Part shown: piece by piece, positions 45,354 through 53,532 of the stretch
Layout of the letters: every line of letters begins with the position of its first letter
Position numbering within the stretch: the first letter of the stretch is position 1
The notes under the pieces: generated by a model
Seen by the model: only the letters and a program-made list of their open reading frames with translations
Databases searched by the model: none
Told to the model about the DNA's origin: nothing
Translations under genes and position numbers: made by a program
Origin: a virus
Length of the DNA stretch: 64,000 bases
Virus record (IMG/VR): IMGVR_UViG_3300036771_000090
Location: 13,805-77,804 of that record
Reading direction: 5' to 3' (one strand)

Positions 45354-46475
45354 CTACTCCTCCAGCGCGTCGTCCAGTACGCGCCGCAGCGCGCGCAGGT
45401 CGTCCAGCGTCAGCCCCGGGCAGCCGGGCGTCCGGCCGATGATGATCCGGCTGCCGCTTTCCTGGTCCAGGCTCTCCAGCACGGCGTGGAAGTTGTCCAC
45501 GACGTCCGGGACGTGCTCCGGGACGGTCTCCGGGACGGTCTCCTTCTCCTCCACCGGCAGCGCGGTTCCGGACAGGTCGGTCTTCACCGCTCCGGCGTAC
45601 GTCCGGTACCCCTGGCTCTTCAGGTGGTCGAAGTGCTCCTGATGACCGGCGCACAGGAGCGACACCTTCCCGTCGGACCACACCACCCGGACCACCGCCG
45701 GGGCTCCGCAGCCGGTCCCGTTGCCGCTGGTGGTCTCCGGCACCTGGCCGGCCGTGCAGCGGGGGTTCTCCTTCACGCACACCATGTCCCCGTGGCCGGC
45801 CTGGAGCATGGCGTCCCGGGTGGCCCAGGCCGTCCCGCACTCGCACTCCACGGATTCGTCCGCCTGCTCCGGCTCCAGGTCGTCCACGAACTGCCGCGTG
45901 TCACTGCTCCAGGGGATGGTGTCGGTCGGGTCCATGTGGACCGTGACGTACGTGCGTCCGTGGTTCGGGTGACCCGGATTGTCCACCACGCCACGGTTCT
46001 CCTGCCGCACCGTTCCCGTCCGGCCGCGGTAGCCGGTGTTCGCGTCCAGACGGATCTGGACCCGGGTCCCCATCGGCCACGATTCGTCCAGGGCCGGGAC
46101 GTCCATCACCGTGACGCGCGCCTTCGGGTCCCAGTGCATACCATCCCCGGGGCGGATTCCCCGGCAGCCGGGGAATCCCCAGCCGTTCAGCCGCTCCGCG
46201 TACTCCAGCGCTTCGGCCGGCGTCATCCTGCCGTCGTCCGCCGGACGCCCGGTCCCGGACAGCTCCTGGACCAGGGTCCAGCCGGCGGGGGTGAGGACCG
46301 GGAACAGCCAGGCGTCCCCGTCCTTGTCGGTCACGTTGTGCTGGTAGGTGATCAGACCCCGGTTGATCAACGCGTCTTCCGTGCGGTTGTTGCAGTAGGC
46401 CACGGTCCCCTGGTACCCGTTCTCCGCGGCGTGCCGGAGTTCTGCTTCCATCTTCGGGGAGATGCGAACGGCCAT
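45354..46475 (-). CDS. Paralog B: shared N-module + SH3-like and Cys-rich domains
   Basis: ISPKM...ALINRGL...LTPAGW...RPADDGRMTPAEAL. Confidence 0.75.
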   Translation of the reverse strand: MAVRISPKMEAELRHAAENGYQGTVAYCNNRTEDALINRGLITYQHNVTDKDGDAWLFPVLTPAGWTLVQELSGTGRPADDGRMTPAEALEYAERLNGWGFPGCRGIRPGDGMHWDPKARVTVMDVPALDESWPMGTRVQIRLDANTGYRGRTGTVRQENRGVVDNPGHPNHGRTYVTVHMDPTDTIPWSSDTRQFVDDLEPEQADESVECECGTAWATRDAMLQAGHGDMVCVKENPRCTAGQVPETTSGNGTGCGAPAVVRVVWSDGKVSLLCAGHQEHFDHLKSQGYRTYAGAVKTDLSGTALPVEEKETVPETVPEHVPDVVDNFHAVLESLDQESGSRIIIGRTPGCPGLTLDDLRALRRVLDDALEE

Positions 46476-46560
46476 CGGGTCCTTCTTTCCTGGGTTCCTG
46501 TCGTGCTGTTGGTTCCATCTTCCCGCACCTGCTTGTCTATGTCAAGTCATGTCATAGACC
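46476..46560 (-). promoter_or_regulatory. Repeated promoter/leader copy 5
   Basis: TCTATGTCAAGTCATGTCATAGA; TTGACA-17-GAAGAT. Confidence 0.8.
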
Positions 46561-46579
46561 ATTTGCACAGGATGCAAAC

Positions 46580-46610
46580 GGCCCCCGGGAGGGTTGTCCT
46601 CCCGGGGGCC
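46580..46610 (-). terminator. Cassette terminator
   Basis: GGCCCCCGGGAGG-GTTGT-CCTCCCGGGGGCC. Confidence 0.7.
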
Positions 46611-46627
46611 GCCGTGCTCCGGCCGGG

Positions 46628-47515
46628 TCAGCTCTTCCAGGGGCCCATGACGGCCACCATCTCCCCCTTCTCCAGGGTCCGGACGTTCCCGTCCGCGCGG
46701 GTGATGACCACCAGCTCCGGCGTGACCTCCCTGCCGTCGCGCCAGACGCTGTACTCCGCGGTCTTCAGCTCCACGGATGCGATCGTCCAGGCGGCTTCGA
46801 ATCCGGGGCGGACGGCCCAGTACCGGTACCCGGGCTTGAAGTCCTCCGCGGCCAGCTCCGTGATCGCGGGCTTCTCCGCGGCCGGCTCCATGTCCTCCAG
46901 CCGGACGTACACGATGGTCTGGTGGTCGTCTTCCCGGACCGCGTGCAGACCGTTGCGCCAGTAGGACACGTACCGGGCGGTGAAGGCCGGCTGGGGAACC
47001 CAGGTCCGGTTCCAGGTGTCGAAGTGCGACTGCCGGACGATGACCTGGTCGTCCCTGGTGTAGGTGCGCTCTCCCGCTGCCGGGTACGCCTCCGCCAGCG
47101 CCTCCTCCACGGTCAGCCGGTCAGCGTCTTCCGCAGCACCCGGGTACAGGGTGCGAGCGTCCAGGATCGCGTCAAGTTCGGAGTAGCTGTACCCCGTCAT
47201 GCCGTCCCGCCAGGCCGCGTCCGCCAGCGCCTCCTCCACGGTCAGCCGGCCGGTGTCCGCCGGACGGTCCACGCCGTGCTCTGCCAGCCACGACCAGCCC
47301 GCCATGGTGATGACCAGGATGTGGCTGGCACCGTACGTCGGCTTCGGGTGGTCGGTCAGCTCCAGCAGACCACGGGAGACCAGCGCCTTCGCGGTGGTGT
47401 TCCGGCCGTTGAAGACGACCCGGTCACTGCCGTACTTCGCCTGGGTGGCGGCCACGTTGGTCAGGTACTGCCCCATGGTCTGGCTGAGCTTCGGGGACTT
47501 GGCGGTGACGATCAT
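46628..47515 (-). CDS. Paralog C: shared N-module + two SH3-like domains
   Basis: KLSQTM...ALVSRGL...ITMAGW...RPADTGRLTVEEAL (linker duplicated). Confidence 0.75.
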   Translation of the reverse strand: MIVTAKSPKLSQTMGQYLTNVAATQAKYGSDRVVFNGRNTTAKALVSRGLLELTDHPKPTYGASHILVITMAGWSWLAEHGVDRPADTGRLTVEEALADAAWRDGMTGYSYSELDAILDARTLYPGAAEDADRLTVEEALAEAYPAAGERTYTRDDQVIVRQSHFDTWNRTWVPQPAFTARYVSYWRNGLHAVREDDHQTIVYVRLEDMEPAAEKPAITELAAEDFKPGYRYWAVRPGFEAAWTIASVELKTAEYSVWRDGREVTPELVVITRADGNVRTLEKGEMVAVMGPWKS

Positions 47516-47599
47516 CGGGTCCTTCTTTCCTGGGTTCCTGTGCTGCTGTGACTCCATAGTTCCGCGAATCCTGGTCTATGTCAAGTCATGTCATAGATT
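47516..47599 (-). promoter_or_regulatory. Repeated promoter/leader copy 6
   Basis: TTGACA (47584-47579)-17-AACTAT. Confidence 0.8.
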
Positions 47600-47610
47600 A
47601 TTTCCCAGGA

Positions 47611-47654
47611 CACAGGCCGGCCCGGGAGGACAGTTCCTCCCGGGCCGGCCTGTG
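47611..47654 (-). terminator. Cassette terminator
   Basis: CACAGGCCGGCCCGGGAGGA-CAGT-TCCTCCCGGGCCGGCCTGTG. Confidence 0.7.
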
Positions 47655-47658
47655 CTGG

Positions 47659-48333
47659 TCAGACCGCTTCCACCGATATGGTCTCCAGCTCCGGGATAGA
47701 TCCCAGTTCGGGACGCACCGCAAGCAGCTTCCGCGCGATGCGGCGGACCGCGGGGAAGGACGGGACGGGCGGGTTTGCGTGCAGACCGGACAGCGTGCTG
47801 AACACGTAGGTGTACGCCTCATAGTCATCCTGGGTGACGCGTCCGGTGTGGTACTGGTCCTCCAGACTGCCCAGCGTCAGCCTGCTCATACGCAGGACAT
47901 CGCAGTCTTCGCAGCGCAATTCAAGGTGCCGGTTGCCGCTTCCGGTGTAAGCGATGTCGCACATGATCCGGTCTGACGCGTTGTGCATACGACAGTCCGT
48001 CACGGTACGGGCGGTCCGGTCTTCCACGCTGTCCAGCGCCTCTTCCACGGTCAGCCGACCGGCGTCCGCCGGGCGGTCCATGCCGTATGCGGCCTTCAGG
48101 AAGGCCCAGCCGTCCAGCGTGACGGTCCAGAGCAGCGTGGTGTCGTGGACCCGGTACTCACCCAACGCACCCAGTTCCGCGTTCGTGGACCAGCGGATCA
48201 TCCCGCGGCGCTCCAGCGCCAGGAGCGTCCGCTTCTCCGGCTCCAGGTGCGCCCGGTAGGCTCCGCGGCCCAGGTAGACCAGCGCCTCCTCCATGGTCTG
48301 GCTGAGCTTCAGGGACTTGGCGGTGGCGGTCAT
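47659..48333 (-). CDS. Paralog D: shared N-module + Cys-containing domain
   Basis: KLSQTM...ALERRGM...VTLDGW...RPADAGRLTVEEAL. Confidence 0.75.
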   Translation of the reverse strand: MTATAKSLKLSQTMEEALVYLGRGAYRAHLEPEKRTLLALERRGMIRWSTNAELGALGEYRVHDTTLLWTVTLDGWAFLKAAYGMDRPADAGRLTVEEALDSVEDRTARTVTDCRMHNASDRIMCDIAYTGSGNRHLELRCEDCDVLRMSRLTLGSLEDQYHTGRVTQDDYEAYTYVFSTLSGLHANPPVPSFPAVRRIARKLLAVRPELGSIPELETISVEAV

Positions 48334-48417
48334 CGGGTCCTTCTTTCCTGGGTTCCTGTGCTGCTGTGACTCCATAGTCCCGTGAATCCTGGTCTACGTC
48401 AAGTCATGTCATAGATT
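48334..48417 (-). promoter_or_regulatory. Repeated promoter/leader copy 7
   Basis: TTGACG (48402-48397)-17-GACTAT. Confidence 0.8.
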
Positions 48418-48435
48418 CTTTCCGGGACACGGCGA

Positions 48436-48463
48436 AGCCCCGGGGGACCGGGCCCCCGGGGCT
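48436..48463 (-). terminator. Terminator of the tra/spd operon
   Basis: AGCCCCGGGGG-ACCGGG-CCCCCGGGGCT. Confidence 0.6.
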
Positions 48464-48477
48464 GCCTGTACCACGTC

Positions 48478-48891
48478 TCACCTGCGGCGCTTCCCCTTGC
48501 CCTTCGGCTCCTCCAGGGTCTCCCGGAGTGACTTGATCGCGGCAGCGCTTCCGATCATCAGCACGGCCACCGCTCCGACGGCCGCAGCCGCCGCGATGAC
48601 CAGCGCCACCACGGAACCCAGGACAGCGATCAGGACCGGCGCCAGGATGACCGCGATCACGGCCAGACCGCCGGTGATGACCAGTCCGCCGAGAAGGACG
48701 AAGAAGTACGGGACGTACCGGTCCAGGACGTTCTGACCGGGATTCTGGTTCACCGGCGCCGTGTCGATCACCGGCGCCGCGTAGTGGTGGTGGATGTGGA
48801 TGACCTGGTCTCCTCCGGGGATCTGGCCCGTCTCCCCTGCCGAAGGCAGGTAGGTGGTCCGGTGGACCACCGCCTTGCGCTGCTCTTCCAT
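48478..48891 (-). CDS. Spd-like membrane protein (SpdD-type architecture)
   Basis: IHIHHHY motif, long hydrophobic C-terminus, basic tail; in the traB operon. Confidence 0.6.
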   Translation of the reverse strand: MEEQRKAVVHRTTYLPSAGETGQIPGGDQVIHIHHHYAAPVIDTAPVNQNPGQNVLDRYVPYFFVLLGGLVITGGLAVIAVILAPVLIAVLGSVVALVIAAAAAVGAVAVLMIGSAAAIKSLRETLEEPKGKGKRRR

Positions 48892-48897
48892 GCTTCC

Positions 48898-48999
48898 TCA
48901 CATCCAGTGCGACACGGCCCAGACCGCTGCCAGGAACAGCAGAACGATCACGGCCAGGGTGCGGTTGGCACGCCACCGGGCCGACCGCCTGTGACTCAC
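48898..48999 (-). CDS. 33-aa single-TM peptide
   Basis: Manual translation MSHRRSARWRANRTLAVIVLLFLAAVWAVSHWM; GTGA coupling. Confidence 0.55.
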   Translation of the reverse strand: MSHRRSARWRANRTLAVIVLLFLAAVWAVSHWM

Positions 49000-49199
49000 G
49001 GGCGGGCCCGGCGCCGGACCACGGCGTACAGCGGCGCGGTGATGATGGCGTCCGCCACGACGATGAACACGATGGCCAGGAAGGTGGCCGCCACCGGACT
49101 GTTGACCTTGTCGCCCGGCAGCAGCGAAGCCACCATGGCGATCAGCAGCAGCACGGCCGCCGCGTGGACGAAGTAGATTATTTCCTTGATCGCTCGCAT
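48996..49199 (-). CDS. Small two-TM Spd-like protein
   Basis: 67 aa, two hydrophobic helices, GAAGGAAG RBS. Confidence 0.6.
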   Translation of the reverse strand: MRAIKEIIYFVHAAAVLLLIAMVASLLPGDKVNSPVAATFLAIVFIVVADAIITAPLYAVVRRRARP

Positions 49200-49221
49200 G
49201 ATCGTTTTCTTCCTTCTCGGG

Positions 49222-49372
49222 TGTCTGACGCGGGTTGTGACGGATCGGGAGAGTGTCTTAGGTCGGAGCCGGTGTCAGCGGTCTGACAGGCGTTTCTGAC
49301 AGCCTTCTGACAAGGGCTGACACCGGCTCTGACATGCGGTTCTGACAGGTACTGACACCGGCTCTGACAGGG
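49222..49372. repeat. clt: clt-like locus (TraB recognition repeats)
   Basis: Eight direct CTGACA at 49283, 49296, 49307, 49317, 49329, 49342, 49352, 49364 plus an inverted copy at 49273, immediately downstream of traB. Confidence 0.8.
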
Positions 49373-49375
49373 TCT

Positions 49376-51424
49376 TCAGTTGGCCCGGTGGCCGTTTCTG
49401 ATACGGGGGCGGACGACGTACGGGGGCTTGCCGTTGCTGGTCTCCAGGCGGCCGGCTTCGGTGAGGCGCTTCAGCTCCGCGTACACCCACTGCCGGGTCC
49501 GGCCGGTGATGCCCGGAAGCTCCGACAGTGCTTCGAAGGTGATTTCCGCGGCGCCGCCTGCCTCCAGTTCATCGATCTTGGCTTCCAGGGCCGCGCGTGC
49601 GTCCGCGGTGGACATCCGGCCGCCCGCGGGCTCCGGACGGAGGCTGAAGGACCCGGCAAATCCGGGGTCCGGGATGGGTTCGGTCACGTCGATCAGGGCT
49701 CCGTCTTCGTCGGGGACCGCGGTCAGGTCCAGCGCCTGCTCCCGGTCGTTGTCGGTTTCGCCGTACCAGTTCACCGGGTCTTCGTCCGGTGCCGGGACGT
49801 CCAGGGGGACCGGGGGCAGACCGGCGGTCAGCTTCGAGTCCGGCACCTGGATGCCGGCCCCCAGGCACATGGCCGTTCCGGGGTCCAGAACGGCCCAGAA
49901 GGGCCGGCTGGCGTCCAGTTCGGCACGCTTCTGGGTCCTGGTCAGCCGCAGTGCACGGCCTTCCACCGCCCACAGCGTCCGGTCGGTCCCGATCGACTCC
50001 GCGTAGTGCTTGCCGGGGAAGTCGGCACCCCACTTGGTGGGGTCTGCTCCGGCTTCCCGGGTGGTCGCGGACAGGGTGAACTTGGCGTCGTAGTCCTCCC
50101 GGCAGCCGAAGGCGAGTGCGTTGGCGAACAGACCGCGGGTCCGGCGGTCGATGTTCTGGTTGTGGGCGGTCTGCATGGACGCGAAGATGGCGAAGCCGAC
50201 CGACCGGGCCGTCCTGACAGCGGTGTCAAAGTCGTCGTCACTGCTGCTCAGGACGGTTGCCGCCTCTTCGATGTCGATCATCACGAAGGGGATTCCGTGC
50301 AGCGTCCAGCATTCGGGTTCCCACTGCCCGTAGCCCACCGTTCCGTCGGAGCGCGGCAGCGTTCCCAGCCGCTCCGCCCGGTACCGGATGGCGTCCGGCA
50401 GGTTCTTGATCAGGCGCATGACCTGGGCCGGTCCCTTGGCCGCAATGGACAGCGTGTCCGCGATCTCCCCAAAACTCTGTTCGAACTTGTCGGGGTCCCC
50501 GACCACCGCGCAGAAGTCGATCCGGCTGCGGCCGTCGATGATGATCGTCTTCACACCTTCGGTCTTGCCGGAGTTCGGCACGCCTGTGACCAGCGTGTGT
50601 CCCGAAGGACGGCCGCTTTCGTCGTCGCCTCCCATCCAGATGGCCATGTCCGATCCGTCCCGCCGGCCGCCGTAGACCAGCGGTCCCGCGGCCACCGACT
50701 GGCCCGGCCGGGAAGGGCCGTTCCAGAGCATGACCGCGTTCGCGTCCTCCTCCGGCTCGAAGGCCAGGGTGACCTGGTCACCACGGCCCCTGACACCTGT
50801 CACGGTCACTTCGTTGGGGTCCATACCGACCGCGGAGGCGATGTGCGCACGGGCCGCGGTGACGTCTTCCACGGTGCTGTCACCCGGTTTGAGCTGGACT
50901 TTTGCCTCCACCCGGTTGCCTGACTCCTTGACCTTCTTCGTCCGGGCACCGGCCAGCGCTGACACCCGCTGGAACAGCGGGTCCTTGTGGCCTTCGGCCT
51001 TGTCGGTGTCGTGGTGCGCGGACATCGCACCGTGCCGGAGGTTCCACGCCAGGGACAGAACGACCGTGCCGAAGGCCCAGACCTTCACCATCTCCGGGTT
51101 GAGCGGATCGGTGGCGCTGGCCAGCGTGAACCAGCCGGTCACGGCGCCGGTGAAGACCGTGGCGAGAGCCCTGGTCAGTTCGTGGCGCCGGGCCCAGGTG
51201 GCACGGACATAAAGGGTCAGACCGACCGATCCGGCGCCCATCAGCGCCACCATCGAGCCGTCCCCCTGGACTGCGATGTGGGTCACCAGCGCCGCCGGCA
51301 TCGCGGCGGCGCTGATGGACCACGGGACCATGTGCGGAAGCAGCCGGGAACCGGCCAGCTCTCCGACACCCAGACGCTTCGTTCGTACCGGTGACGTGCT
51401 CTTTCCCTTGCCGCTGCCGCTCAT
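49376..51424 (-). CDS. traB: Conjugative DNA translocase TraB (FtsK/SpoIIIE family)
   Basis: N-terminal TMs, Walker A GVPNSGKT, Walker B MIDIEEA, ARSVG, WGA.FPG, C-terminal wHTH GRTRQWVYAELKRL.EAG. Confidence 0.9.
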   Translation of the reverse strand: MSGSGKGKSTSPVRTKRLGVGELAGSRLLPHMVPWSISAAAMPAALVTHIAVQGDGSMVALMGAGSVGLTLYVRATWARRHELTRALATVFTGAVTGWFTLASATDPLNPEMVKVWAFGTVVLSLAWNLRHGAMSAHHDTDKAEGHKDPLFQRVSALAGARTKKVKESGNRVEAKVQLKPGDSTVEDVTAARAHIASAVGMDPNEVTVTGVRGRGDQVTLAFEPEEDANAVMLWNGPSRPGQSVAAGPLVYGGRRDGSDMAIWMGGDDESGRPSGHTLVTGVPNSGKTEGVKTIIIDGRSRIDFCAVVGDPDKFEQSFGEIADTLSIAAKGPAQVMRLIKNLPDAIRYRAERLGTLPRSDGTVGYGQWEPECWTLHGIPFVMIDIEEAATVLSSSDDDFDTAVRTARSVGFAIFASMQTAHNQNIDRRTRGLFANALAFGCREDYDAKFTLSATTREAGADPTKWGADFPGKHYAESIGTDRTLWAVEGRALRLTRTQKRAELDASRPFWAVLDPGTAMCLGAGIQVPDSKLTAGLPPVPLDVPAPDEDPVNWYGETDNDREQALDLTAVPDEDGALIDVTEPIPDPGFAGSFSLRPEPAGGRMSTADARAALEAKIDELEAGGAAEITFEALSELPGITGRTRQWVYAELKRLTEAGRLETSNGKPPYVVRPRIRNGHRAN

Positions 51425-51437
51425 GGCCCTACCTCCT

Positions 51438-52001
51438 TCAGGTCCGGATACCGAAGTGCTTGGTCTTCTTGCGGGGGACGCCGGCCAGTTGGTCCCCGAA
51501 CGCCTCTTCGAAGGTCTTCCAGACCCCCACGAACGCCACCGCGGCGTCCGCGGAGGCTTCCCCGGCCTTGTTCAGCCTCTTGGTCACGCGCCGCATCTTG
51601 AACACGGCCCCCAGGGACCTCACACCACGGTCCATGTCCCGGGCGCCGGCGGTCAGTTCGCCGCTCTGGAGATGGATCTCCACGGCAAGCCGGTGGAACA
51701 GTGCCCGGCCGGTCTCGCACAGCGCGTACAGGTCGTTCTGGTCTCCCAGCTCCTGGTCCACGAAGGTCCGGATCAGGGTGGCCAGATCCTTCTTCGCGCT
51801 GCTCCCCGCACCTGTCTGGCCACCGTTTCCGCTGGCAACGGGCATTCCGTCCATCCGAAGACCCCTCTCCCTTGCGTCCTGTTCGTTGGCCGGGCGGGTG
51901 CCGCGGGTGCTGTTCTCCCCCGGCTGCACCGGGGGCCGGGCCGGAGCCGGGCGCGCCGGGCGTGCCTGGGCAGGTCCCGGCAGGTTCCAGTCGTCGCTCA
52001 C
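51438..52001 (-). CDS. TraA-like plasmid transfer accessory protein
   Basis: Low-complexity N-terminus and helical C-terminus (...FEEAF...) directly upstream of traB; GTG with AGGAG RBS (alternative start 51854). Confidence 0.65.
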   Translation of the reverse strand: MSDDWNLPGPAQARPARPAPARPPVQPGENSTRGTRPANEQDARERGLRMDGMPVASGNGGQTGAGSSAKKDLATLIRTFVDQELGDQNDLYALCETGRALFHRLAVEIHLQSGELTAGARDMDRGVRSLGAVFKMRRVTKRLNKAGEASADAAVAFVGVWKTFEEAFGDQLAGVPRKKTKHFGIRT

Positions 52002-52017
52002 GGGCTGATCACTCCTC

Positions 52018-53079
52018 TCACGCACTCTGGTCCAGCGCGCGCCGGGCGCGCCGGATGCTGGTGTTGATCGTGTTGTCCTTCGTGTCCTGGCCGAACTTCT
52101 CCCGGACCAGAGCCTTGATCGTTGTGTTGTCCGTGTCCTCACCGCGGACCAGGATGTCCTGGATGAAGGAGGACACGGAGCCGTCCGCGGTCCGGCGGAC
52201 GGAAGGCAGGGGGACAGCGGCCGGGACAGCCAGGGACATGTCCCCGTCGGTGTCCTCCGGCTCCGGGCCGTCCATGTAGGGGTCGTGGACCGGAGTGGGG
52301 ACAATGTCCCCGTCGTGTCCCCGGGTCCGGTCCATCACCGTTGCGGTGTCCTGGGACACCCGGATGGTGTCCCGTCCGGCCGGCAGGACATCCGCGGTGT
52401 CCTTCAGGGCGTGTCCCGGGGACAGGAACGCCGTGTCCCATGACGGGACAAGCTCCGTGTCCAGGGTGTCCCCCGTGTCCTTGCTGTCCGGCAGGACAGC
52501 CGAAGTGTCCTTCAGGACACCGGCCGGGACACGGGACACGCTGTCCCCGGACGGGACAGCTCCCAGGACACCGGCGACACGGGACAGGGCGCGTGCGCCG
52601 GCCGGGGACGCGGCCAGGTGGAGCAGGTGTCCGAAGACCAGGGCCGGGATGCAGCTCACCACGACGGTCAGTGTCTGCTTGTACGTCCAGATGTCACCCG
52701 GCTGCCAGCCGCTGCCGTACAGGTGCGCGATGGGCTGTGCGGCCATCGCCAGCACGATGGAGACGATGGCGCCGCCTACGGCGGTCTTCTTGCCCGGGGC
52801 GCCCTTGCCGCGCTTGGTGGCCACCACGGCGGCTACACCGGCGTACATGGTCAGTACGGCCGGCATCCCCCAGGAGAGTTCCTTGTTCCAGCCGGCCAGG
52901 TGCGCCAGGTAGTGCTCACCGGGGGCACACATGATCAGTACGATCACAGCCACCGCGGGGCGGACCACGTTCTGGATGCCGTTAACCCAGGCCAGCTCTT
53001 CGTCCTTGTCCTTCACCCGGGAGCCGGGGACAGGGACAACCGTGGCCGTGTCCTTCGGGGACTTCTTCCACAGCTTCAT
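52018..53079 (-). CDS. SpdB-like membrane protein with repeat linker and putative C-terminal DNA-binding domain
   Basis: Four TMs (CAPGEHYLA.LAGW...VSCIPALVFGHLLHLAA), DT/VP-rich linker, helical C-terminus ...NTINTSIRRAR. Confidence 0.75.
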   Translation of the reverse strand: MKLWKKSPKDTATVVPVPGSRVKDKDEELAWVNGIQNVVRPAVAVIVLIMCAPGEHYLAHLAGWNKELSWGMPAVLTMYAGVAAVVATKRGKGAPGKKTAVGGAIVSIVLAMAAQPIAHLYGSGWQPGDIWTYKQTLTVVVSCIPALVFGHLLHLAASPAGARALSRVAGVLGAVPSGDSVSRVPAGVLKDTSAVLPDSKDTGDTLDTELVPSWDTAFLSPGHALKDTADVLPAGRDTIRVSQDTATVMDRTRGHDGDIVPTPVHDPYMDGPEPEDTDGDMSLAVPAAVPLPSVRRTADGSVSSFIQDILVRGEDTDNTTIKALVREKFGQDTKDNTINTSIRRARRALDQSA

Positions 53080-53099
53080 CGTGTCCTCCTCCGTCGGGA

Positions 53100-53155
53100 C
53101 AGGAATTAATTTAGTTGTCCCATTGAAAGGGACAGCGCCCGGACTGTCAAGGACA
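53100..53155 (-). promoter_or_regulatory. Promoter of the spd/tra operon embedded in GGACA boxes
   Basis: TTGACA (53151-53146)-17-TTCAAT with TGTCC boxes on both sides and in the spacer. Confidence 0.65.
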
Positions 53156-53193
53156 GATCCGGGCGCCGGAGGACAGGACACGGGACAGGGACA

Positions 53194-53532
53194 CTACGGA
53201 TGTCCCTGGGGGACATAGCGACGGGGACACTGTCCTGTCCACCGGCGTCCGTCGAAGAAGGACACCCAGTGTCCTCTGTCCCCGGTGTCCTGTCCTTCTG
53301 CGGTGAGCAGGACACCGCTGTCCCCCAGGACATCCGGGCTGTCCTGGGGGACAGCAGACAGGCAGGACATGGAGGCTGTCGCCTGGAGCAGCGCGCGGGA
53401 CAGTCCCCGGAACGCCTCCGTAAGGGAGAACATCGTCTCCGTTGCGCGGGCCCGGCGCTCCGGGGCGGTGAGCGCCAGTTCCTCCGCGATCCGGGACAGC
53501 TCCGCCAGCGGGGACGGGGACACGGCGGTCAC
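53194..53532 (-). CDS. Hypothetical protein (3' half runs through the GGACA array)
   Basis: GTGA-coupled start. Confidence 0.45.
   Translation of the reverse strand: MTAVSPSPLAELSRIAEELALTAPERRARATETMFSLTEAFRGLSRALLQATASMSCLSAVPQDSPDVLGDSGVLLTAEGQDTGDRGHWVSFFDGRRWTGQCPRRYVPQGHP

Noticed and set aside
40003-48417. CRISPR or integron interpretation of the recurring repeats
   Set aside because: Spacing is gene-sized and irregular, the repeats contain -35/-10/RBS elements, and no cas or integron integrase is present
49222-49372. Replication iterons or mini-CRISPR
   Set aside because: 6-bp cores with 4-7 bp gaps directly after traB, and no rep gene or AT-rich unwinding element nearby; clt fits better
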